A stretch of 64,000 nt of DNA from Paraspadella gotoi (taxonomy: Eukaryota; Animalia; Chaetognatha). The stretch is taken from NCBI GenBank assembly GCA_051294375.1, contig CM119264.1:2895575-2959574 (forward strand), given 5' to 3'. Made by a program: the position numbers and the translations under genes. Under the pieces are notes generated by a model. The model saw only the letters and a list, made by a program, of their open reading frames with translations, ran no database searches and was not told the DNA's origin. Below are positions 55,332 to 64,000 of the stretch, in pieces (the stretch's first letter is position 1; each line of letters starts with the position of its first letter).

Positions 55332-55523
55332 CTCTCTCTCTCTCTCTCTCATCTCTCTCTCGTCTCTTCTCTTCTCTCTCGCCGCAGAGTTTTATGCTGA
55401 ATATGATGCCATTGGCGTCTTTCAAGTCGGGACGATGCGCGCTCGCCCTCTGAAGCCGCAGCATTATTCCTCTCTTCTAATAATTTAATCCTCTCTCTCT
55501 TCTCTCTCTCCATTCTCTCTCTC

Positions 55524-55574
<51 letters not shown>

Positions 55575-58003
55575 GAGTGAGGGGGAGAAGGGAGAGAGAG
55601 AAGAAAATTAAGAAAGAAACAAAGACAGAGGGAAAGAAGAAGGAATGTTGTTGGTTCAGAAACAAAGTTGAGAGAAAAATTAAGAATAAAAAAAAGAATA
55701 AAGAAAGAAAAAAGAAGGAGTGATAGAAAAAATAGAAAGAAAAAATCGCTAAAGAAATAAAATAAAAGAAAAATAGAATAAAATAAAGCAAAAAAAAAGC
55801 AAAAAGAAAAGCAAAAAAAAGCTAGTCAGCAAGCAAGAACGATTCGCAACATGAAATACGGCCTCCACCCCTTAACCGCCTCCCCCCCTCCGCCCCCCTC
55901 CGCCCCCCATAACTTTTTCTTCTTTGGCGGCGAAGCGCGATTATGCGAAAGAAGAAGGGAGGCTGGGGAAAGCTGGGGAAAGCTGGAGAGAGCTGGGGAA
56001 AGCTGGGGCTGGAGTTGGGCAGATAGATGGGGTTGACGGGAGAGGGAACGGTGGGGTTAAGAGGAAAAAAGAATAAAGATGGGCTTTATTTTCTGAAAAT
56101 GTCCCATTTCTGTTTGGAATCCCTAAACGTAATATAAACCCAGATATTTAATACTAATCTTTCAGCAAATTTTGAACCAAATCCTTTACACGAATCCCCA
56201 AATTTATCCCTTAACCATAAACCCTAATCCCTAACCAAATCTGTAACCAAATCCCTAACCTAAACCTTAACCCTAACACTTAACCTTTGGGCGCATTTGG
56301 AATATATGGCCGAAAGATGATCCCAGATCGTGAATGCTTTACGGTCATCGTGAGACGATGTTGTGAAAATGTGAAGCGATAGACTTTGTGGTCGTGGACT
56401 TTCTCTCTTCAACCAATAGCGTCTGAAGGCGAAGCCTCCAATTCTGAACTCGTTGCTTTAAAAATGGACGCGGGGAGAAATATTGAGAATTGACTCTAAG
56501 TTCTTATAAAAAAATGAATGGATAATTGATTAGAAAGCAATAAAAAGTTTTAAAAGTGTAGTAATGTACAAATATTATGCGTCCATTGTTACTTAGCGAA
56601 TTTGGGAAAATTGGTAAAAGAGAGAAAGTAATTGTAAAAACCTTTATTCTAACGAAGTTACACTTTGCTAATTTCCTAAAAATCAGCGAATCATTGTCAG
56701 ACAATGCGTTTAGTACATTTCGCCTATAATCATGAATCTTTCAGTCATGATTCGCGACCCGGTGGGTAATTAAATAAAGCCATCAGCTTATGACCATCTC
56801 GAACTGGGATCAATCCCCGAAGGTGCCCTCGCCCTACGGGAAGCGTGAGGATGGCCGTAGACCGCTTTGAGGGCCTGGAAAACTCTCAAGCCTGGTTCCA
56901 AGCCGTCAGCCGACTTAGCGCCTTATTCATACAAATAATAAATACTAATGAACTGATCCACACTATACTAGTATAGTTTAAAACGCAAATTTGAATTTAA
57001 TTGCTTGGAGATAAACGAACGATCTTGAATATGTTTGTTTTCGTGACGCCTCTCTCCTCTCTCCGCCGAATATCCGGGATCTCGGAGCGACGGCCTCCAT
57101 TTCCTTTCCCGATCGGTCTATTAGCCGATCGGAATTTTCGGAAAAACGAGATTGAAACCAAAACTTGGGTTGTTGTTGTTGTCGTTTGATGGCGCTATTC
57201 CCTCGAATCGAAATGAGGGAGAGAAAGATGGAATTTCCGTGAGGGGGCGGTGGGCGGAAAGAGAGGAAAGGAATAGAATGATTGAGAGTTTAAAGAGAAG
57301 AGTTCAAGAGAAGTATTAAAGAGAAGTATTAAAGAGAAGTAGTAGAGAGAAGAATTAAAGAGAAGTATTAAAGAGAAGAGTTCAAGAGAAGTATTAAAGA
57401 GAAGTATTAAAGAGAATTAGTAGAGAGAAGAATTAAAGAGAAGTATTAAAGAGAAGAGTTCAAGAGAAGTATTAAAGAGAAGAGTTCAAGAGAAGGAAGT
57501 TGAATAAAGGAAAAGATTTAAGAAAGTTAAGGAAGGAAGGTAAGGAGGGAATTGAAACCCGGGGTGAGGAAGGAAAGAAGGAAAGTTAAAGAAAGAAGAA
57601 AGAAAAGAGAAAAGAGAAAGAAAGGAAGGAAGGATAAGATTATTATCATTATAATATATTATAATGATTATATAATGGATTATGTAATGGGTAAGGCAAA
57701 GAAAAAAACGAATTATTGTAAGTAGTAATGAAAGTAAAGAAAAAAAAAGGAAAAAAGGAGGAAAGGAAATGATGGAATTCTTAAAGGACAAGGATGAAGG
57801 CGAAGCAGAGTTCGGCGGCGAAATCCGTGAAAAGTTTACGACCGCCTGAACAGAAAAACAGAAAAACAGAAAACAGAAAAAAGACAGAGAAAAAAAAAAA
57901 GCGGAAATAAAAAAGCGAAGCACAAAATTGCATAAATCAAAAAAACCGGATGGAGAGAGAGAGAGAGTGGAAGAGATAAAAAGAAAACGAGCGAAGATGA
58001 AAG

Positions 58004-58085
<82 letters not shown>

Positions 58086-59413
58086 TTGGATCAAAGTATG
58101 AAAAGAAGAATCCTCCTTTTTGGACAGACAGAAGGTTTCCACTAAAATGGTAAGGGTGGCCCCGGATGTAAGGAGAAAAGGAGGATCAGAAAAAAGAAAG
58201 GAAAGTTGTCCCCCATACCCAACTCATACCCAACCCTTCCCTCTCGATCTCTTTCCCCCCCTTGTCCCCCCCTACCGAACCCTTCCCTCTCACTCTCTTT
58301 CCCCCCCCTTGAGAAAGAAAGCCTTCTTTCAAATAAGCCGATGGTGGCTGCTTTTTTTATCTCCCCTTCGCCGTCGATTCCTCTTCTTACGGTTTTAGGA
58401 AACCCAGATTTTTTTACTCTGGGAAAAAAAAGGGAAAAAAAACTCCCCCCCAACTTTTGAAAGGGGGGGGCCGCTCGCCCCTCGTGGCTCACGCCCCTAG
58501 TGGTTCCGTAGAAAATTAAAAGCCGGAGAATGAAGAGGAAGAGGAGGGGGGAGAAGATGAGTTGAAGGGGGGAGGGGGGAAGACAAAGAATACGCGAAAA
58601 TCCATCGAAGTGAGTCGATCTAATTAAGACGGGATGCTTTCAGAGTTTGCCGCATCGATTGCGGCATTGAGCGGCATTAGGGAAACTAAATTCGATGCCC
58701 AAGCTTAATTAAGTCGGAAACTCGACTTAGAAGTTATGAAAATTTTAAGATTCATGAAAATAGAAAAAAAAACACTAGTATATATTCTTACTTAATAAGA
58801 ATGGAATCGCGGCAGGGTTAGCGCTACCTTTAATCGGTGTCAGACTTTCTCCACGTAGCTAATTCGATCAAGGGTTATCACTTTTTGTCTATTTTTATCT
58901 CGAAAATTAAAAGAAAAAAAGTCAAAGAAGACGAAAGTAAGAACTTAAAAAAACGACAACAAAAAATAACTATAACAACTACAACAACAACTGCAAATTT
59001 TACTCTGAAAATTGCCAAATTACCCAGGTTTTATTAATGATACTCGACTAAATTTTTAAACGAATATAAAAAGCGAGTATTATTTAATTTCATATTTGAT
59101 AATGTAATGGGGAGAGGGATGTTAATAATGTCTTTCGTAAATAGAGGGAGAAACTGGGAGCATCTATACAACACAACCCTACTTCCTTGCCCCTTCCTTA
59201 CCCCTACCTCAGCTCTTCCCGTCTCCTCATGGGGTACCTTCTACATCCTCCCGTCCTTCGACGCCGCCTTACAACCTCATCCGGCGTTGGTGGGCGTGGT
59301 CGCTTTGTGCGACGCCACCAACGTCACCGTCACTTTGAAAGGAGGAGAGACGGTCAACAGGACGCTGCGCCATCTAGAGACTTTCATCCTGCCTTTATGG
59401 GGCGATCTGTCGA
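28970..59413 (+). CDS. Secreted protein: signal-like N-terminus, divergent VWA-like domain, IgGFc-binding (FCGBP N-terminal) domain; 3'-partial. Exons 28970-29117, 30321-30629, 34115-~34228, 39751-39958, 47773-47847, 50781-51074, 59213-59413
   Basis: Exon phases chain consistently. VWA-like: CDLSTKRLHLGILVHGAD..SLSGGAGFLTPALLQLASRF..RRHLVV..DDPESISSAVESLNAVGVVVVFVV..ESRIC. IgGFc-binding: NEGRDFVVGFLEN..KGIRLTAEREFAVYGFNLQSYSSDAFLALPVSSWGTFYIL..VVALCDATNVTV..TLRHLETF..GDLS. Confidence 0.82.
29605..29755. repeat. Purine-rich minisatellite (~26-nt unit, GCTTGAGAAAGAGAAAAGAGAGTGTA)
   Basis: About 5-6 visible tandem copies. Confidence 0.7.
31335..31582 (+). repeat. 22-nt minisatellite GGTGAGGGTGAAGTGAGTCRAT (~11 copies)
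   Basis: TGAGGGTGAA recurs at 22-nt spacing (31447, 31469, 31491...). Confidence 0.85.
32405..32486 (+). tRNA. tRNA-Leu(AAG), intronic
   Basis: GGTAGCGTGGCCGAGTGGTCTAAGGCGCTGGTTTAAGGCACCAGTCTCCGCGGAGGCGTGGGTTCGAATCCCACCGCTGCCA: 82 nt, acceptor GGTAGCG/CGCTGCC, anticodon stem CTGGT/ACCAG with AAG, long variable arm, A/B boxes, TTTT terminator immediately after. Confidence 0.97.
33728..33895 (-). ncRNA. Candidate structured RNA/retroposon module, copy 1
   Basis: GC-rich island in AT-rich intron; shares ordered motifs TCGYGACCCG, GAACT(C)GGG, GTGCCCT, ACGGGAA(A)GCGYGA, CGCTT(T)GA, GGGCCT, GCYTGGT with 56751-56922. Confidence 0.45.
34400..34772. repeat. 30-nt T-rich minisatellite GTGAATTGGTCTTTTGTTTTTTTGTTTGTT
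   Basis: About 11-12 tandem copies visible. Confidence 0.85.
36212..36518. repeat. 26-nt minisatellite CAACTGCAAGTGTGGTATGGTGTGGG (~12 copies)
   Basis: Direct tandem copies; source of the repetitive ORFs at 36159-36728. Confidence 0.9.
36800..37285 (+). mobile_element. Interspersed non-autonomous element with (GTCY)n motifs, DINE-1/Helentron-like; related copies at ~62685-63135
   Basis: TCTGCTTATC..GACTCTATAAT.CACTTTGTCGGTCCGTC, ATTACTCGTGATTGGATGGAT and GATGGAATCGT blocks shared with 62685-63135; GTCCGTCCGTCTGTCCGTC microsatellite. Class assignment is inference. Confidence 0.55.
38347..38485. repeat. 17-nt minisatellite TCTCTGTCAGCGCAGCA (~8 copies)
   Basis: Visible tandem copies. Confidence 0.8.
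40885..41176 (-). mobile_element. Interspersed element, inverted copy of 45345-45720
   Basis: CCAATGTGTTGCGCCGCAGTGACTTTATTTTCA..TGATCACATGA and GACTTATAGAGTT..AGTACTCGCGGCGTAACTAAAAA match the reverse complement of blocks in 45345-45720. Confidence 0.7.
41589..43475. repeat. Near-identical ~950-bp tandem duplication (41589-42546 / 42547-43475) next to an N gap (41502-41526)
   Basis: Copies differ mainly by homopolymer and microsatellite indels; may be an assembly artefact. Confidence 0.85.
43770..44190. repeat. ~44-nt pyrimidine-rich minisatellite (~9-10 copies)
   Basis: Unit CATCCTTTTCCTTTCTACATTCTTTTATTTCCTTTTCCCTTTTG. Confidence 0.85.
44553..44860. repeat. 27-nt minisatellite TATGGCCAAATGAGGCCATCCCTTTTC (~11 copies)
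   Basis: Direct tandem copies, each with an ATGGCC/GGCCAT inverted hexamer. Confidence 0.9.
45345..45720 (+). mobile_element. Interspersed element with GTCG/GTCY motifs (DINE-1/Helentron-like), inverted relative to 40885-41176
   Basis: Starts TTTTTAGTTGCG..CAACTCTATAAGT..TCGGTCGGTCCG; blocks homologous to 40885-41176. Confidence 0.65.
46870..47760 (+). repeat. 23-nt G-free minisatellite TCTCTCCCTCTCTATTCTCCTAA (~38 copies) abutting the exon-5 acceptor
   Basis: Array runs directly into TTCCCCCCACAG|G at 47761-47773. Confidence 0.9.
50385..50492 (-). ncRNA. Candidate structured RNA island (possible third, more distant member)
   Basis: Minus strand hairpins TCCCGAA/TTCGGGA, CTTG/CAAG, CTCAGC-c(TTCG)g-GCTGAG and c(TACG)g; begins TATTCGTGGTCGCGAC. 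Confidence 0.35.
52378..52955. repeat. ~60-65-nt pyrimidine-rich minisatellite (~9 copies)
   Basis: Recurring TTTTTACCTTTTCCGACATTTTCTCCC..TTGGCCTTCCCCC..TTTCTGTCCTA. Confidence 0.8.
54841..55107. repeat. Interstitial telomere-like tract (CCTAA/CCCTAA mixed); shorter tract at ~56210-56286
   Basis: TAACCTAACCTAACCCAATCCCTAACC units. Confidence 0.8.
56751..56922 (+). ncRNA. Candidate structured RNA/retroposon module, copy 2
   Basis: Stems CCCGGT/ACTGGG, CTCGC..c(TACG)g..GCG(T)GAG, TTGAGGG/CTCTCAA; ordered motifs shared with 33728-33895 (-). Confidence 0.45.
57290..57495. repeat. 13-nt minisatellite AAGAGAAGTATTA with higher-order pattern
   Basis: About 15 tandem units. Confidence 0.85.
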
Positions 59414-60050
59414 GTAAGTGACGGTGGGAAAGAGGTTGAGATCATAATTGGCGCCTGCGTGCCGATCGAGAAGAAAAAGGTAAGTTTTAGACGCGACAGT
59501 TTCCGTTGTTCATGTCAGGTAAGTTCGAGCGAATCGAGCGAAGCGATAATTTCTGCTCCGATCAATTCATGGACAATCCTTAAACTCATTTCACTTGATT
59601 TTCTTTCACAATTTTCGATATATTTGAGACACGTCAGCGTCACACTGTAGTCTTCGCTTTTATCGATCGGAATATATGCAAAACACACTCTTTACATGCA
59701 TTTTATGCATCCATTCGGATCGTACTGTGCGTACCAAACACACTCTTAATGTTTGCTTTCTAGAGTAAAGCGCCAGCGACTAAAATTGTCACATGCGCGA
59801 ATATTTCTGTTATATGTTTATTCTATCGTTTTATTTAATAAGATAATTTTTATTGTATTGAATTCTTGAGTGAGCGAGCGATCGACTTCTGCGTTCGTTG
59901 CGTATCACGCTCTACGTGCTTTGCGTATCACTCTCTGCGTGAAGCACGTATCAATCTCAGTGCGCAGCGTGTATAACGCGTGCGTCAAGCATTTGGGTGG
60001 AATCGAGGAAACCTCATAGATTAACAGTCAGAGGAGAAACTTTGAGACCT

Positions 60051-60124
<74 letters not shown>

Positions 60125-60461
60125 GAGAGAGAGAGAGAGATGACTTCCGACTTGTGTTGATCGTTAGCTTTATTCATGAGTTTGTTATCGACGTGTTTAC
60201 GCAGAGATGGACGGGAAAGGGAGGGAGGGAGAGGGAGGAGAGAGCGAGAGAGAGAGAGAGATAGAAAGAAAAACAGATAGAGAGAGAGAAAAAGAGAAAG
60301 ATAGAGGCGAACAACTGTGTAAATCGTCTAGGTAACTCTTTCAATCATCAGTCTATCCCAATTTGAAAGGTCAGTTTCAAATTGAATCTTACAAATCAAA
60401 ATCTTTCCAAATCTAAAATCTAAATCCTTTTTTTTATATTTCCAATCCAAATCCATAAATA

Positions 60462-60778
60462 ATTCATCCGAATGCTAAATCCTTTCATCCAAATCCCAAA
60501 TCCTTTCATCCAAATCCCAAATCCTTTCATCCAAATCCTAAATCCTTTCATCCAAATTCTAAATCATTTCATCCAAATTCTAAATCCTTTCATCCAAATC
60601 CTAAATCCTTTCATCCAAATTCTATATCAATTCATCCAAATCACAAATCCTTTCATCCAAATCCTAAATCCTTTCATCCAAATTTTAAATCCTTTCATCC
60701 AAATCCCAAATCCTTTCATCCAAATCCTAAATCCTTTCATCCAAATTCTAAATCCTTTCATCCAAATCCCAAATCTGT
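60462..60778. repeat. 21-nt minisatellite AATCCTTTCATCCAAATCCTA (~14 copies)
   Basis: Direct tandem copies; source of the (NPFIQIL)n ORF. Confidence 0.9.
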
Positions 60779-61388
60779 TCATTCTCATTCCCTTTTTCAA
60801 GCATTTCTCAGAAATCTTGACTCGTTTCTTCCCATTTTTCGTTTACGATCTCAAAATTTCCTTCCTTCTTTTTTTCGACCCAAAAATTCTAAGGAAAAAA
60901 AACAAAAACGGAAAGCATCTCTTGAATTAGTTGTTCTTTTTTTTATTCTCTTCAATTTGATCAATTTTTAAATTTATCACAGAATTATATAAAGTATATT
61001 TTTGACTGAAGTACTATTACCAATTATCACGAATTATATCATCACTATTCACCAAGATCTCACACCCAGATGGCGATAGTAAACTAGCGGCCCCCCCAAT
61101 AGAGGTCAGAATGTGAGATGACCAAAAACCTCGCGCTGTTTTGCGCCCCAGCCAAAACACCTCCCCCCCTATGGCCATGCCCCTCCCCCCCTCTTCTCAC
61201 CAATTCCCCCGTCGAATGACTCCGAATAATATTCACACGACGCGTGACTTTCACGGCAAAACAATTCTTGTCTTTTTTTCCAGTTGGAACCAAAAAAATT
61301 TTCTTTTTTCCAATTTATTTTCTCACGTCTTCATTCAATCACATTTATCGCGGTTCCTCACGGCGTTGGCCAACCCTACCATTCTGTC

Positions 61389-61437
<49 letters not shown>

Positions 61438-61647
61438 CCACCTCAACCCCCCCCCAAAAAAATGGCGATTTTTCGAAACGTTTTATCTTATTTTTTCACT
61501 TTTTAGATAAAAAATATTTTGTTGTGGTTTCACGATAACAAAACCATCGTTTTGCAAACGTTACGTAGCCAAGGGAATCGGAGTTCAGAAGATTGAACGT
61601 CTGGCGAAGAAAGGAAAGACTTTTTCACGGCCGCCATTTTTCACTCA

Positions 61648-61744
<97 letters not shown>

Positions 61745-61749
61745 GCTTC

Positions 61750-64000
61750 TTCCTCCCGATTAAAGTAGAACCATCTCTCACAAATATTGCACTTTCATAA
61801 CAGGACGAGACACTTAAAACCGTCCGACTCAACAATTTGTCATCGTCTTTGAGAAATTATTTTTTTTAAACTTTTTATTCTTTACTTTTGAGACACCAGG
61901 TTCAAAGATACATATTCAAGATTTTGTAATCAATGTCAAAGTTAATTGTAAATACAGGGTGGTCCAGCTCTAATGGGACTAACTTCAAGTATTTACAGCA
62001 CAAAAATGGTTCGCCGACATTGTTTGCTCAAACATGTTTTAAATAAAAGACAATTCAAAAATAAATTTCCCCGATTTTTTCTATCGATTATCTTCGAACA
62101 TGGAGGGGTAGCGTCTCTCTGTAATCCTGGCTTCGGGAATGTTCGAGCGAGCATGGGATGCGATACAACGTGAGGCGCGTTCTCGGTACACCAATCACCA
62201 GGGAAACCGCCGTTGCACCAGAGTTCCATCTGCAGCTTAACGTGTCGGTTCGTCCATAGAAGCAGAGGAGTCCTAGTCAGCTAAATACCATCAGGTTGTC
62301 TCGGATTTACCGAAAACACATTACAAACATCTTATTCTAAAATTACTAGCATTAGATAGCATTGAACATTTAGACTACAACTTAGATAGCATGTTTACGC
62401 AATAATGGGATACATTTAACCACTGTCGACCCGCTAAGGCCCAGTGCCACGTCGGTTTCCTGGTGAATCAAATTGGAAAATCGAGAATCAGTCGTCGTCG
62501 TTTCCCAGACTCGCTTGACTACTTTTTCTCTTAATTCTTTTAATTTTTTTTTCGTCGTCCTTGTATTACAAGGTACAATACCAATACTATGCACAATCGA
62601 TAACTCCATGTGGTGCATTTATTATAGACTTTGCTTTGTCGTGTTCATTCCCGGCCACCGTAATAAATTATTTATAAAACTATTTAATCCACTTTGTCGG
62701 TCCGTCGTCCACCCCCCAAATCTTGTCGGTAAATCTTATAAATCATATCACAACATCGAATTTATGTAAATTAATGCAAACAAAATACAAAAATCAATGT
62801 CTCGTCCGTCCCCCTAGGCATTAACATAAACATTACTCGTGATTGGATGGATATATTGGAATTAAAATTGTGTGTGGGTGGTAGGATATTGTGTGATTGA
62901 GCTAGATATAAAAGTTTTGATGGAATCGTGCAAGTGGAAATGAGTTTAAGTGGAATAAACAAAAGTAAAATTCACTTATATTTTTACTCAAATCTGCTTA
63001 TCGCAGATTACGACTCTATAATCCACTTTATCGGTCCGTATGTCCAGTGTGTGATTGAGCTGGATATAAAGTTTTGATGGAATCGTACAAGTGGAAAAGA
63101 GTTTGAATAGAAAAAACAAAACTCACATTAAAAATTTTTAATTCCTTTTAAATTTTTTTTAAGTATCTTTCTCTCTTTCTCACTCAGTGGAAATGATTGA
63201 TTGGCTTGTTAATGTTAANNNNNNNNNNNNNNNNNNNNNNNNNTCTCTCTCTCTCTCTCTCTCTCTCTCACTTCCTTCCTCTCTCTCTCCTCTCTCTCTT
63301 CTGCTCTCTCTCTCTCTCTTCTCTCGCTTCTTACCTCCGATTAAAGTACAACCATCTCTCACAAATATTGCACTTTCATAACAGGACGAGACACTTAAAA
63401 CCGTCCGACTCAACAATTTGTTTCATCGTCTTTGAGAAATTATTTTTTTTTTAAACTTTTTATTCTTTACTTTTTGAGACACCAGGTTCAAAGATACATA
63501 TTCAAGATTTTGTAATCAATGTCAAAGTTAATTGTAAATACAGGGTGGTCCAGCTCTAATGGGACTAACTTCAAGTTTACAGGCACAAAAATGGTTCCGC
63601 CGACATTGTTTGCTCAAAATGTTTTAAATAAAAGACAATTCAAAAATAAATTTCCCCGATTTTTTCTATCGTTTATCTTCGAACATGGGGGGTAGCGTCT
63701 CTCTTGTAATCCTGGCTTCGGGATGTTCGAGCGAGCATGGGATGCGATACAACGTGAGGCGCGTTCTCGGTACACCAATCACCAGGGAAACCGCCGTTGC
63801 AGCCAGAGTTCCATCTGCAGCGCTTAACGTGTCGGTTCGTCCATAGAAGCAGAGGAGTCCTAGTCAGCTAAATACCATCAGGTTGTCTCGGATTTACCGA
63901 AAACAGCATTACAACATCTTATTCGTAAATTACTAGCATTAGATAGCATTGACATTTAGACTACAAACTTAGATAGCATGTTTACGCAATAATGGGATAC
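61750..64000. repeat. ~670-bp near-identical duplication (61750-62415 / 63330-64000) on either side of the N gap 63219-63243
   Basis: Copies differ by scattered 1-nt indels typical of uncorrected long reads; likely overlapping contig ends. Confidence 0.85.

Noticed and set aside
56866-56905. Twister ribozyme (GAGGG..GGTTCCAAGCC)
   Set aside because: Cleavage-site UAA absent and GAGGG is sequestered in a simple hairpin.
60472-60930. (NPFIQIL)n repeat protein resembling NPF/EH-binding motifs
   Set aside because: 21-nt minisatellite in intronic AT-rich context; no splice or codon evidence.
63330-64000. Paired LTRs with 61750-62415
   Set aside because: No TG..CA ends, PBS or internal ORF; copies straddle an N gap and differ by read-error-like indels.

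Overview
Eukaryotic (animal, probably invertebrate; species not determinable) genomic DNA with GC-rich exons, abundant (GA)n microsatellites and minisatellites, two 25-N gaps and signs of long-read indel errors. Genes reconstructed by hand from GT-AG sites and frame continuity: (1) CAND1, + strand, 22 exons, 403-17916, 5' end outside the window; (2) a 4-exon antisense Ly6/uPAR (three-finger) gene nested in the 10.1-kb CAND1 intron; (3) an unidentified minus-strand exon chain at 18.7-20.2 kb; (4) a small minus-strand membrane-protein gene at 22.6-23.4 kb; (5) an intronless CCDC66-like ORF, 25041-28133; (6) a secreted VWA-like plus IgGFc-binding (FCGBP N-terminal) gene, 7 exons, 28970-59413, continuing past the window; (7) an intronic tRNA-Leu(AAG). 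Most interesting non-coding signals: a 1.77-kb nested foldback element (20744-22514) carrying four minimal Penelope-type hammerhead ribozyme motifs plus TTAGGG-like tracts; a dispersed, diverged set of ~150-nt structured-RNA-like islands with UNCG/YNMG tetraloops; and repeated tandem amplification of splice signals (donors, branch point plus pyrimidine tract) at exon boundaries. Protein identities come from recall of family sequences, not database searches.
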